63,658 nt of DNA, filler included, from Reticulomyxa filosa (GCA_000512085.1; 18 parts of 18 records of this genome joined end to end with filler, not necessarily neighbours in it), one strand, 5' to 3'. Shown: positions 50,340 through 63,570, counted from the first letter of the whole stretch. A program made the numbers and translations. Notes: generated by a model not told the origin, from the letters alone.

Positions 50340-50880
50340 TTTTCTGTCTGTTATAATTATTGGATTTTTTTAACATCAACATAATTTTTTTCTAATTATA
50401 TACTTTTTTTTATATCGGATAGTTCTTGGTCACTTAATTCGATGTTACATTAAATAATTTCAGATCACTTAGACATATTATTTTGTACTATGCCTCACTA
50501 GTAGTGCATTTTTGAATATGCTTAATGCTATCTTTGTTTTACCAAGTCATGTATGTCCATGTACCAATACTTGTTTTTGTATATTCAATCTTTGAACCTG
50601 AATTTATTTTGTCATATTTTCTTTGTAGATATGTTCATGTTTAATTCATATTGTTCGTATCACTTATGAAGTTTATATCAGATTTATAGTCATTGTTTCA
50701 TATTTCAAAAGTTTCTTCTGTGTATTTATTAATAAGTTTGTCAATTTTAATTATCATTGTTGACATTTACTGAAATTTTTTAGTGTTTGTAATATAGTTT
50801 TCATCTTTATAATATTATGCTATTACAATTTTGCAAGTTTGACAATTTTAACTTTCAAAATCATATGTCGTCACAACAAG
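50340..50880 (-). pseudogene. Decayed CRESS-DNA-virus-like replication initiator (HUH endonuclease + SF3 helicase)
   Basis: In order on the minus strand: YDFES*NCQTCK; IA*YYKDENYITN (motif III-like, about 50785-50825); VLVHGHT*LGKTKIALSIFKNALLVRH (Walker A, about 50490-50570); IICLSDL (Walker B-like); PIIITD (motif C-like). Confidence 0.7.
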
Positions 50881-51289
50881 TTGTATACATATCCTTAAAA
50901 ACACTTTTTTGTTAATAGATTTCATTTTGGAAAAAATTCAGTATTCAGATAATATATAAACATAGTTTTTTCTTCTATACTATTTAGAAAATAGTTATGT
51001 TGCTAGTGTATAATTTGTAGAATACTTGAAATTATTTTTCTACATAATTTGCCTGATTATATAAGGGCAAAATTAAAGATTCATAAAGCTTAAGAAAAAA
51101 AAGACTTAATATCAAACAAGCGATGCACATGTTCAATTATTTATCTAAAGAAAATGCAAAAATATTTACAAGTTTTTATTTTTACTTAAACTTTATGTAT
51201 CCTCAATTTCACTTTCTTTAATTAATTAAAGAAAATTGATTTTAAGTATTCGATAAATAATAGAATACCTGGATCATAAATTTTATTTT

Positions 51290-51780
51290 CTCAAAATGAC
51301 TATTTTATATAAAGTTTCCAAATTATCATTGCTTATTTCCATTTTGATATCATTTACTAAATTAAACGTCATTTTATATTCACTTTTCTCCACTGCAAAC
51401 ATGTGCTGTTTTGAATATTCATCATCCAACGCAACTGCAAGAATTATTAATGGCAACACAAATTGTTATGACTACAAGTTGTATAATTGTAATTAATTAA
51501 TATGAAAAAAAGAAAATAAAGTCAATTATATTTGAAGTTGTGTATAATACATATCCAATTGTTAGTTATTTCATAATTTAATTCTGTTTCAAATAAATTT
51601 TTAAAATTTTGTGCATCATCTTCCAAATTTGGAAGATTTACTAATAACATAATCACTGCAAATATGTTTCTAATTATTTTTCTTTACTATTATTTTATCA
51701 GATAAAATATCATTTATTTTTAGTTATCGTAGTTTCAAACAACTTTTTCTTCATTCAACCACATTTCTGTCTTTGTTATC
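51290..51780 (-). pseudogene. Decayed fragment of a possible caspase-like (C14) family gene
   Basis: NLPNLEDDAQNFKNLFETELNYEI near 51570-51645 resembles the start of caspase/paracaspase p20 domains; no catalytic His/Cys found. Confidence 0.35.
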
Positions 51781-52156
51781 TAATTCTCAAATAATATTTA
51801 TATGTTAACACTGCAACGTAGTCATATAATTATATTGGCAAAACATTTTTGAATATAGTCCATTTTTTGTCATGAACTAAATANNNNNNNNNNNNNNNNN
51901 NNNNNNNNNNNNNNNNNNNNNNNNNNNTTAATTAATTAANNNNNNNNNNNNNNNNNNNNNNNNNNNNNNNNNNNNNNNNNNNNTTTTTTTTCATGCGAGA
52001 AATACATTTGAGAAGATAATGGCAGTTAGAGAAAAAAATGCGAAAGCAGTTGTATTTTTGCTCAAAAAGTGATAAATTTCTTTTTTTTTTAGAAAAAATG
52101 AAACTATAAACATTCAAGTGCTGAGAGTACAATAGAAAAGACGAGAGCGAAGAAAG

Positions 52157-53386
52157 TTAGCAAAATTGAGAAAACTCCCAAGTGAAGTCCAAAGCCAAAG
52201 TGTGTTGTTTGATTTGTTGGCAAATGTGAATGTCACTGGAGAGCAGCAATTGGATTTGAGTGGAAGCTTGTGAATGAAATAAGGGTTGCACTTGAAAGTG
52301 TGGAGGAGTCCATCCACTGAGTGCGTCCAGTTCAGTAAGAATGAGTTGTTGAATTTTGGGATCTTTGATATCCCAGTCCCTTAGCCATTGTCGGCACATA
52401 TCTTTAAAATGTAACCGAAAATCATCCAATCGAAACAAGTAATAGTCATTATCATTGTGATTAAAAATAAAGTCATTATTATCATTATTATTATTATTAT
52501 TATTGTGATCAGACTGTGAGGTAAAAAAATGGCAATGATAAGACTGAAAAATTTCAGGAAAGTCACATTGTGCCCAGCGAAAAAATTCCATTTGCAAAGA
52601 GGCAATGATTTGTGTGGTTTCATTGCCATTGTCAACAAAAAAAAAGTTGCGTGGGTTTTGCATGGCCATGATCGGGTGTGGTGTGTTTTTATCCAGATAC
52701 AACTTGAACTCTCTCTCCAAAGACATCCCTTGTCCCCACAGATGTTTCAAGAAGCGAATGTAAGCATTGGCAAAACATTCGTGTTTTGAAAAGACTTGCA
52801 TCCCATCTTTTTCTGAATACTTTCGATCCGCGTTCTTGTCATTCAGGTACGCATAGGGATACAAGACCTTTTCATTGTATAACTCAAACAGGTTGTAGTG
52901 GCTCCAATACTCCAATCCATTGCGATGCAAGTGGTACGAGGATAATATTGAGTCCAATGGTGTGCTTATCCAATTGCTTATCAACACACTCCTTTTTTTG
53001 CTTTTTGTCTTTTTTTTTGTTGACTGATCCGCGCTTCCGATACTCTTCTTATGCTCTTTCATCGCTTCACACGTCATTTGAAAGTTATAGTCCACGCTTT
53101 CATTACAAACCTTGTTCATTGCGCTCCACAATTTGTCCATCGTTGTGCAAGTTTTGTAGTCGTGACATCCCATTAACTGCTTTTTTGATCCGAGTCCACA
53201 TACGTCGCTCGCTTCCTCTTTGCTGCTCCAAGGCTTTTCTTCACTCTGTTGGATCCACACGTGCGGTGGTGACCCCGTCTCTCTGTTCTCTCTTGTCCAT
53301 TCATTCAGTGATATGAAGTAAGAGACGCTGAGTGCTAAAAGGAAAAAGATGCATTGTACCAATATTTGAAACAAATCAATCTTCAT
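52157..53386 (-). CDS. Type II membrane protein, divergent sulfotransferase-like
   Basis: Single exon with an N-terminal TM. HDYKTCTT (5'-PSB-like), ISTPLDSILSSYHLH (3'-PB-like, lacking Arg) and FRLDDF. Confidence 0.5.
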   Translation of the reverse strand: MKIDLFQILVQCIFFLLALSVSYFISLNEWTRENRETGSPPHVWIQQSEEKPWSSKEEASDVCGLGSKKQLMGCHDYKTCTTMDKLWSAMNKVCNESVDYNFQMTCEAMKEHKKSIGSADQSTKKKTKSKKRSVLISNWISTPLDSILSSYHLHRNGLEYWSHYNLFELYNEKVLYPYAYLNDKNADRKYSEKDGMQVFSKHECFANAYIRFLKHLWGQGMSLEREFKLYLDKNTPHPIMAMQNPRNFFFVDNGNETTQIIASLQMEFFRWAQCDFPEIFQSYHCHFFTSQSDHNNNNNNNDNNDFIFNHNDNDYYLFRLDDFRLHFKDMCRQWLRDWDIKDPKIQQLILTELDALSGWTPPHFQVQPLFHSQASTQIQLLLSSDIHICQQIKQHTLALDFTWEFSQFC

Positions 53387-53745
53387 ACCATAGCAGCGTG
53401 ATATCATTTTTTTTTTTAAATATTAATTCCAAAAAAAAAAACTGCTCTTTTTTTAGAGTACGCTATTTTCCTCGCAGTCGAAAAAAAAAAATTAAAATTG
53501 TGGTTATCATTACTTGAGGGTTTTGTCGTACAGTATTTAGTATAAACAACATTTACTGTCATGGTGGTTGGAATATTTTGTACCGTGCTGAAAGACCCGC
53601 TTTCAAGTAAAGAAGACACAACTTTACCTTTTCAAGCAGAGTAAACAAATAAGCAAGCAAGAAATTGCAAAACGAAGGCTTGAACAACAAGAACAAGGGG
53701 AGACAGTGCCAATAAAAAAAACCACATTTAATAATAAGTAGCAAA

Positions 53746-54570
53746 ATGACCAATACGGCGGAAAACATTCCACTTTTGCATTTGTATTATCCGGATATCG
53801 TCGCGTCAGATTATGAAGGGTCGACAGTGGATAAAAGAAAAAAGGCGGCAGACCCGAATGCGCAAGCAGCAAAGAACACGTTGAAAGTAATAGAGGAGGA
53901 GAGACAGCCAGGGACGTCACCAAAGTTATTAGGAAGGAGCCGAATGTATTCGGAAGACTCCGCTCCGCAGTCATTGGATTTGGAGTGTAGAAGCGTGCCA
54001 TTGATTCTATTCCATGGTAACAGATCCCAGGAGTATGGACAGCAAGGGCAGCATTCGCACTTGCAACCATATAAGAAGAAGACCCCATCTATTGGAAGCA
54101 GTTATTTTCAAATTGCAGTCAGTCCGAGTGAAAGACATGGAATGGACATGACTTCGGAGGCCGAGACCGGCATGGATGACACAAAGGCAGAAACAGACCT
54201 CGCCATAAGCCGAGCATTAATGGACGAAACGATGTGTAGACATGGTCGACCTATCGAGTCGGTGTTGATCACTCTGTTTGTGCTGTTACTGACATGTCGT
54301 TACGTACTTATGACTTCCACGCTCGAGCGTGTGCGACACAACTTCCCATATTTCCTGCGTCTGTTCCTTAGCGTGTCTTATCTCGTCTCCTTTGTCCCTT
54401 TTCTCATCTTCACGTGCTTCTCCAACGCATCCTGCTTTTCATCCCTTCCTTCCATGTCCTGTTGTCATCGTCGACGACACGTCCTCCGCTCCAAAGCCAT
54501 CACCAATTACACCCTCTTATATCCTCAACAAAAACAACTTCCATTGCAACCGCGTCGTTTTCGACAAAGT
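53746..54570 (+). CDS. Polytopic membrane protein, 5' part (possibly CRT-like/DMT transporter)
   Basis: Long hydrophilic N-terminus, then two TM helices joined by NFPYFL; truncated by the contig end. Confidence 0.4.
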
Positions 54571-54580
54571 CAATTTTGCT

Positions 54581-54613
<33 letters not shown>

Positions 54614-54635
54614 GTATACGTATTATTGTACCCCT

Positions 54636-54674
<39 letters not shown>

Positions 54675-54833
54675 NNNNNNNNNNNNNNNNNNNNNNNNNN
54701 NNNNNNNNNNNNNNNNNNTTAATTAATTAANNNNNNNNNNNNNNNNNNNNNNNNNNNNNNNNNNNNNNNNNNNNTTTGTTGTTATTTTACTTTAAAAAAT
54801 AAAAAAAAAAAAAAGCTATTTTCAAATGAAAAT

Positions 54834-55748
54834 ATGAAATACGGCAAAATGTTTTTAAACATCGCAATGGAGTGTTGGCCGATAATCCGGTCGCCGTCGA
54901 CGCACATTGAAAACAACCACACCGAAGTGGTAAAAATGGTGGAGTTAATGAAACACAGTGACCAAATGATTGCAAACATGGCCGCGCAGAATTTGCACGA
55001 TTACGTAAGAATTGACTTTGAGAGACATCTTATTCCAGTCGTGTATGTTATATGTACATATATGTATGTGTATACGTATAATAAACATTTAACATGTGAC
55101 TCCAAAAAAAAAAAAAAAAAAAAAAAAAGGAGCTCGTTGATTTCCCCAATGCGCGATTTTGAACAATACCAAGTGGAATACTTGGAAATAACGGTGAAGG
55201 CCTTGAAGGAGATAATGAATTCGCTGCGGGAGTACCTTCGCAAAAAAGAGAGCCTCCATCCTCAAAGTGCAACGGCGGATCAGCACTTCCACAAGCGTTC
55301 GAACACGGGCTCGACGGGCTCGATTGAAGCCGCCGTGACCGTATCGGAGAATTATTGGAGCCCTGCTCTGAAAGCAGTGAGTATGGGCTCGCAGGAACCC
55401 GATCACAAGTCGATCGGCGGCAGCGGCGACGATGACAATGAAGAAATCCCATACGACGCGCGATTGGTGCAACTCCAAACGCTGGGATCGATGAATCAGT
55501 TCCTGCCAACCCTGTCTAGTCAACGCTCGAGTGTTGTCGTGACAACAGCAATCACAGGTCACGAAAATGGCCTTAGCAATGCCACTAATGTCGCGTCGAC
55601 CAATACGACGCGAGCGACCAAGAAAGCGAGTGTCTTATTCAATGGAATGGAAGACTCAAAAGATCCATCGTTGAGAGAAATGTGGCCGCATATTCGTCAA
55701 TTGATGGAAGGATATATTTTGCTATGGTATTGCCATCCCGATGATCAA
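54834..55748 (+). CDS. Furry/Tao3/MOR2-PAG1-like protein, internal exons
   Basis: CWPII..ELMKHSDQMIANMAAQNL..MEGYILLWYCHPD follows the pattern of the MOR2-PAG1 N-terminal domain. Confidence 0.5.
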
Positions 55749-55875
55749 GTTTGTTCCATTTTTATTATTATTATTNNNNNNNNNNNNNNNNNNNNNNNNN
55801 NNNNNNNNNNNNNNNNNNNTTAATTAATTAANNNNNNNNNNNNNNNNNNNNNNNNNNNNNNNNNNNNNNNNNNNN

Positions 55876-57000
55876 TCTTCTTCAGGAATGTAATACCAAG
55901 CTTTTCTCTTGCTTTACGAATTATTTCACATTGCAATGAATCGCTAGGATGTTTATTACAACATAAAACACATTTGTGTTTGCTTGTGTTGTTTTTGTTT
56001 CTGCACAATACTTACAACTTTACGTTTCTTTGGCACTCACGAGTGATATGATTCGATCTGTAGCATTTCCTGCATTGCTTGAAATGCGAATTTGTACATG
56101 ATTTGTTTTTATCGAATGACTCTACTTTCACTGTTGAATATCCAATCTGAATATCATTGTCTTTCGACATTTTAATGATATCATCAAAATTGGATATCAT
56201 CACTTTAACAATTGGCATTTTATGAAATTGTTTCACTTCTTGAACGTGATATCCATAATTTTCCAATATTTTTTTTATTTCATTTTCACTTTATTTATTT
56301 CAGGATTGATCACTGCTTCTTCTCGTTTTTTCTTTTGTTCAGCAGCGAATGTCTTGCTATAAATATCACATCTTGGACGCATTGTAATTCGTTGATTTTC
56401 ATCTTTACTTTCTTTTTGCTCTATTTGTCCATTCTTGATGTTAAAATTATTTGCAAGTTGAATAAGCTGCTCGCTGATATCAACCGCAAAATAGACAAAT
56501 AGTATTTGGAAATTTCCAGAAAATGTATGCGCTAATAAATCACTGAAGTAGCTGATTTTGGTTATATGGGCTTAATTGGAGTTATGACAATTGTTGGAGT
56601 ATTTGCACACAATAATTATAATTAAACTTACATATTCTTTTCCAACACGTTCTCAAATATAATCTCATCAACTGTCTTTTCGTCATTGTGTTGTAGATTT
56701 GAACTTGACACAACGACTTGCAAGTCTAGCCGAGAATACTCTGACTTCTTCACATCGCCATAAAGTAATCCACCATCTGGTGTTTTCCTTTTTGTCGCGC
56801 TTCTTTTAGCGCTATGTCCATCTTGTTTTGATGCGTTTTACTTGATCAACTGAGTAACATAGTCTTCCAATGCTGGAACATTGTGCAATAGTACAATCTT
56901 GTTCAGTTCTTTTTTTTTAGATGGGTTGCTTCATCTTCAACCGCACTTCTTTTTTCCCCTCTACCTGCACAAACTCAGGTCTTTCTAGTTAAAAGAGCAC
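55876..57000 (-). mobile_element. Decayed LINE ORF1 (gag-like, zinc knuckles), second copy
   Basis: CRKCYRSNHITREC (CCHC) and CVLCCNKHPSDSLQC; homologous to 20770-21600. Confidence 0.8.
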
Positions 57001-57100
57001 NNNNNNNNNNNNNNNNNNNNNNNNNNNNNNNNNNNNNNNNNNNNTTAATTAATTAANNNNNNNNNNNNNNNNNNNNNNNNNNNNNNNNNNNNNNNNNNNN

Positions 57101-58227
57101 TTTTCTTCTTTTTCTTCTTTTTCCACTTTCAATTGATTTCTATTTCTCATTTCCTCTTTATTCAACCATTCACTCACTTGCATTTTCAAATGTTTTGACA
57201 CAGCGATACGATCTTTATTGCCTCCTCCGATAATATGCACATACATGTTGTCTTCACTCAATATTCCAACACAGCCACACAATGAACTGGATAAAATATT
57301 TTGAAATACTGTCCATTTGTTTTCTCGAATTGAATACTTACACATTGATTTTGATACAATTGCATCTGATCCAAGCTTACCATTCCATCCACCAAAGAGC
57401 AAGATGACATCATCAATACACACATATGCATAACATTTGAATGGTGCAATATCATTACAAACAGGTAGTTTATGAAATTGGAAATTGTTGTTATCTTCAT
57501 CATATTCAATTGATAATCCTGTATTATATTTAAACAACAGCATTTCGTGTCTTTTTTTACTTTTTTTTTCTTTTTCTTCATTTGTTTCTGTCATTTCTTG
57601 TCCATTTTCTGATTTTGATACAAAACAATGAAAGGATATTCCATCTTTAGTTGGTAAGGTATCATGTTTAATAAATTGAAATGCATTTAAATCAAATACA
57701 CTAATATTTTTTTTAGAATAAGTGATAAATAATAAATTATTGTTGTTTCCACCAATCAATGCACGCATTCCTTTATAGTCATCCCCATCTCTTCCAATGT
57801 GAATTGGACGATTGTGGTTGTCTATGAAAGGAACCCACTCATTGTAATTGTTTGATTTCTTTAATTTCTTTGATTTATTCTTTTCGTTGCCATTAATGTT
57901 ATCATTGTCATCACTCCAAACACTTATATATTTCATCACCAATGTATGTTTATTTTCTCCACCAAAAGATAATAAAGTGATTTCATTGCTGTCTTTGTCC
58001 TTGCTATCTACTAACTTCACCACACAGTGTCCTTCTAATTTGACATCATCTGGATACTCACAGATAAACTTGTATTCGTTTTTGAGTGTATGATAAGAAT
58101 AGCAAGCTCTTTCGTCTGCGTCTCCACAAATGAGAAGCTCGTGTTTGTGTAGCACACATTGGGAATACACAAGTGGAACTGGCAAGCTCTTCATTTTTTG
58201 AAAAGAACTTGTGTTTTGATTACCCAT
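57101..58227 (-). CDS. Kelch-motif family protein, open frame to the contig end
   Basis: QCVLHKHELLICG, LLSFGG, ALIGG, ILLFGG and HIIGG; N-terminal MGNQ could be a myristoylation site. Confidence 0.85.
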
Positions 58228-58599
58228 GTTACCAATGTTGGAGAACTAGTAGTTTTTTAAAAAGAGACCATTAAAAAAGGTGACCACTTAAAAAATTTCT
58301 TAGCGAGACAAAGCTAGCCATATTTGTTATTGTAACTTTGTATGGATTGAAAAAATAAACCAATAACTTGCATTTTTTGAGTTTTATTACATATATGACA
58401 GTGAATTACATCTATTAAAAAATACGACAATCCGGAGATAGTTGTATATCACTCGAAGAATTTCATATTACATTATTTTTGGATACTTATTTTAATAATA
58501 ATAAAGAGAACAATATAAATAATTTTAACCACAAGACAGCATAAAATTAGAAATGTTTATCAATATCAAACATAATGCAAAAATTAAAGTTTTTTTTGT

Positions 58600-59660
58600 A
58601 GTTTGAAAAAAAAGGCAGTCCCCCAAGTCAAAAAGTCCCACGGAAATAACCTTTAGCAATTTGAAGAGTAGCGAACCATAAAAGCAAAGTCTGACAAGAA
58701 TCTCATGGTTTATGCCTTTGTAATTTAACAAGGAAAACATTATCCTCTTTGTGTTGGAAGGCAAACTGAAAAGCAAGTTTCGAATACAATTGCACTTTCC
58801 ATTTGGAAATGGCTCTGATTCGGTCATTGTCTGTGTGTATACGTTGCTCGAATTCATTTTCTTTCGATGTGATATCCGAATTGAAATATAGCCTTTCATA
58901 CACCCGATTCAAAATGACACTTTCATCGTGCTGCAATTTGATCTCTGGAAGTTTCCATTTGTTTTGCAGCAGACGCTCTAAAGATTGGAACATCAAGCAG
59001 TTTTTGAGAAATGAAAAGGAGTAAGAAGACGATGACAACTGGGTCGCGGGATTGATCAATTTGTCCATTGTGCCAAATATAGTCTTGAGAGTGTATCGAA
59101 AGTTGGCTTGGCATGTGTCATTGTCCCAATCTTCCATGTGTTGAACGACACATAACAAGTCATACACAAAACGTGTACGATGTTGTATTGTCCAATTGCC
59201 TGGATTGCAAGCTATTTTGATTACACCGAGAAGGACAATATATTTACTATTTGAAGAAAATTTCACACAATGCAGTGCACTTCCTTTAAAATTGTCCTGC
59301 TTTTATATCCTATAATTGAATTATCCATCAATTGAACATGACACAACAATATTTCTATCTGGTAAAAGCATTACACCATTTTTCAAATTCAGATTTCTTT
59401 CAAAAGTTTTAATTTTTTTTTCCTGATGCAATGTCCCATATTTCAACTACTCCATGCCTTGTTAACACAATAACATTGCAATTATCTGCTTCCATCTTTA
59501 CGTTTTTTGAATGCACTCGCAATTCTTTAAATAAATTAAAATCTTTTGCCTATGTTAACCATAAAAATAACTTAACATATTTTGCAATGAGTTTATTAAA
59601 CTCATTAATCCATCCTTTCAATTCTTACAGACCAAACCCTTTTTCTACTATTAAATTTGC
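58600..59660 (-). pseudogene. WD40 pseudogene (59660-59230) fused to an unrelated gene fragment
   Basis: GWINEFNKLIAKY|AKDF, VEIWDIASG and VKFSSNSKYIV with stops, then about 170 codons of non-WD40 sequence. Confidence 0.6.
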
Positions 59661-60382
59661 CACTTGTTCTGTTTTGTTTTCAGTTTTATCGTTCTTTGTG
59701 AAAAAAAGTAAAAATATTTGTTTGTTTAAGTAATCACCGAGTGTTTTTCGACGTGTGTAATAAAATCCATTCATGTATTATCGTCTGCCCTCTTGTCTCC
59801 AAAACGAATTTCTATTATGTATATACTTACTCTTATCATAATGGTAATGTCGATAATGTTGATGGTGCTGGTAATATTGGTAATTATTGTTACTTTTAGA
59901 CATATTTTCATTTTTGTTTTGATTATATTTATTTCGTCGATTTGTGCTTGATATTGATAAGTATTTCTAATTTTATGATGTCTTTGCTTGATTAAAATGA
60001 TTTATGTTATAGTTATTGCTTGACCATTTTCTGTTGCTATGATAATTCGGAATATATTGATACGCATCATAAGCCTTTGATAAAAAAATTTATATTTACT
60101 TCGATTGTTGTGATTTACATAATAAACATGCTCGCTTTCATTGTCTAAAATCAAAACGACAGTACGTTGTTCGAGAAGCAGTAAAGTATCCATAATCTGG
60201 CTCATACTGTCGTTTTCTTCGCTTGTCAGATTTTGTCATTTGAAATGACCAAAGCTCTGAAGTATTACCTTATTTTTTTTAANNNNNNNNNNNNNNNNNN
60301 NNNNNNNNNNNNNNNNNNNNNNNNNNTTAATTAATTAANNNNNNNNNNNNNNNNNNNNNNNNNNNNNNNNNNNNNNNNNNNN

Positions 60383-60424
<42 letters not shown>

Positions 60425-60455
60425 GGAAAAAAAAAAAAAAAAAAAAAGTAATAAC

Positions 60456-61793
60456 TTCAGGAGCTTGATATAAGGGTGTACCAATAATAGTATGGCATTG
60501 CATGGATTGAGACGATTTTCTTGAGATTCCAAAATCTCCAATCTTGACAACTGTCGATTTTTCGTCCATAAGAAAGATATTATCAGGTTTCAAGTCTCGA
60601 TGTGCAATGGATATTTGGTGTAAATAGTCAATTGCATTCACAAGTTGTGCAAATACATCTCGTGCTCGACTGTCCGAATACGAGCCATGGTCTTGAATAT
60701 ACTTAAGCATATCTCCTCCTTTGCAATAGTCCATAATCATTCGCACCGTGTTTTCCTCTTCAAAGTATTCGTGAACTTTCACTATATTGGGATTGTCGAT
60801 TTTCATCATTAGTTTCACTTCGTCCAACAAACTTATGTCCCGCGATGTTGTTTCTTTCATTCGCATCCACTCGTTTTTGTCTATCTTTTTCACTGCAAAC
60901 TGTTGGCCCGTTGCTTTATTTACCGCCAATGACACCGACGCAAATGCCCCCGTTCCTAACTCTTTGACTACTTTGTATTTCTGTTCAAATGGACTTAATT
61001 CCTTTTTATTTTCCATTTGCAGTACAAATGCTACCTTTGCTATTTTTTAAATAATTTTTATTTTATTTGCAGTAACAACCTCAATTGTTTCACCCTTTTT
61101 TTTTTTTTGCTTACGATGACAAAAGATATTCAAAATGAATTGTAAAATATTATGCAAGCGAGAGAGGAGAGGGAAAGGGAGGCGGAAAAAAATAGACACA
61201 GAAGGCATGTATGCATCAGGAACAAAAAGGGACATGTTGGAGAAGATCAACGGAACAGAACAAGTTTTTTTGAGTAAAAAAAGAAACGTGAACTTCTTTC
61301 TCTTTTTTTTGAAGACGGTACAAACATTATTTCTTTGTTTTCATCAATTATGCATGTCTCTTTGTGACACTTTCTTCCATCAACCCATGTGCCATTCGAC
61401 GATAGGTCTGTTAATGTTACTACTTCTTTGTTCGGGTCATACTTTAACGTGCAATGCTTTTTTTTTAGATTTGTTGTTTTTGTATTTTCCAAAGTCAATA
61501 AACAAACAAAAAAAATCACAAGAGTTGATGCTGACATGTGCAGACATTTGTGGTACTGGTAAGCACACGTCGCATGATTCGTTACGGCCGATTGTTGTGG
61601 ACAGTTTTGAAAGAGAAATGCTTTCGAAAGCAGATGTGGAAGGTGGTATTAGCTTGCCCCATACAGTGCTTGCAGCTAATATACTGTTGCTCTCTTCTGT
61701 ATCTAATGGTTTTTCAAGTGGAGTAGATATCATATCGGGGAAGAGGAAGGTTTTTTCTGCTCTTGTTTTGCTCTCCGAAGATTTTTTAAACAT
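60456..61793 (-). CDS. FHA-domain Ser/Thr kinase (Chk2/Cds1-like), 3'-truncated
   Basis: FHA WGKL..IGR..CD..MSAH|HC..DLSSNGTWV; kinase LGTGAF, AVK, HRDLKPDN, DFG and GTPLYQAPE. Confidence 0.88.
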
Positions 61794-62043
61794 TACAACA
61801 GTTTTTGTTATAATATTTTGAATATCTTAATGCTTTTCGTGTTTTTTTATTATTTTTTTTATCTTTTAAAGCTTTTTTCGTGAATTCGAAAGAATTATGA
61901 GTTTTTCATAAGCATAGACAATGTACAATACTTGATGCACTCTTTTAGGCAATATTCACCGCAAAATATAGACATTAACCTTTTTAGCATATTCTTTTTT
62001 AATGCCTTACTTAAAATTTTTGTAACTGTAATTCTATGTTGTA

Positions 62044-63570
62044 TGGCTTGGAGCCAATGCAAGAAAAGTAGTGAATTGCCACATAAAAGTAATGTGATAT
62101 GCCATTATTTAAATGTTCTTTTTACAACGGTTTTAGAAACTTCATTTTCGTTTTTTAGTTTTGCGTTCAATGGGGTCGAAATGTTGGTTAATGGTCGTTC
62201 TCGATCATCTTTGATTAGTTCATTAAGGAACTATCACTTTACTACAATCATAGATGCTTTTGTTAACGTGCAAACGCATGTAGCATTAGAAAATTTGCCC
62301 TCCCATCTTTATAAAAAAGTACTAAAGCACGAGTCATATTTGAAAAGGAAACACAAACAAAATTTGAAATTTAGTCCATATGAGAAAACAATAAATGATC
62401 GGGTAAAAAAAGGGATTGTGACAATAAAAGAGGAGATAGTGAATTATAACCACGATCTGCACAATGATTTGATCGTAGGTGCTCCCGTTCAGCATCAATA
62501 TCGCACACTGGCATTGAATAACATAAGAAACATGTTAAACCGTCACTGCAAAAAGACAGTTAGTTATAAGAATGCGTGCATGATGAAGAAATAGCATTAA
62601 ATTTGAAAACGAATGTGATGGGCCTTGCGCAATTTATGCACAAAAGCAATGAAGGCAAGCCCAGCAAGGCCAAGAAACTTCCGGAAGCTTCGAAGAAAGT
62701 GATGCATTTGTGGACCCTAGCCAATGAAACAAACAAAAACAAATGGGGCAAGAAAATGAAGGACTCCTTCACGTCATTATCGGAAATGCCGTATTTGGTA
62801 TTGGAAACAAGTAAAAAAAAGAAAAAGAAGAGACAAAAAAAAAGTCAGTGGAATTATTGATATATCGAGATTTGAAAGCTGATATGAAAGGAAGAGTGAA
62901 TATTCGAAATGTAATCAGCACATATCAACCCGATGTAATATTGTTACAAAATTGTGGTCGATCTGATATCGAGTTATATTACCAGAAAAAATTTTCTACA
63001 AATTTCCTGTTGCATCCGGCGTATCGCTTCAGTGAAGTGCTTATTTATTGGCTGACTTGTTGGAATCAAAGATTGTCTTATCAATTTGGTCATTGGCTAC
63101 AACACCTCTGGAACTTGTCCTTATTTTATACCAAAGGCGTTCATCTCAACTCCTTTGCGCTCAATCAAGTCATCTCTAATCGCTTCGTCCAAGCCAATAA
63201 TACACCTGTTATCTGTTGTGACTTAGTTCAAGAAGAGGATCAATTTTTGGAGACTTATGCCAGTTGGGATTTGCTTTATCATATTTCATATTCATTACTA
63301 TATATATATGCATACATATATGTGCAATTGTGTATATTAATTTGTATTGCGCATGGCAAAACCTCCTCTTACCTACCTTTTTTTTTTTTTTTTTTTTTAT
63401 GTAATAGAGCTCTTTGATTTATTTTCATTTGCTGCGTTGCATCATTTTGGTTGGATCCGACAAAGGTCTTTGCCACATTTTCATCAATCCAATCACCACT
63501 TAACTCCAGACATTCTCTATTTACTTAGTCCTTATTTATTACCGCACAGTTACATTTTGGCGCAATTTCG
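62044..63570 (+). CDS. Hypothetical multi-exon protein with a possible degenerate EEP (CCR4/Angel-like) domain
   Basis: Consecutive plus-strand ORFs. ISTYQPDVILLQN resembles the EEP PDxxxLQE motif with the Glu replaced. Confidence 0.4.
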
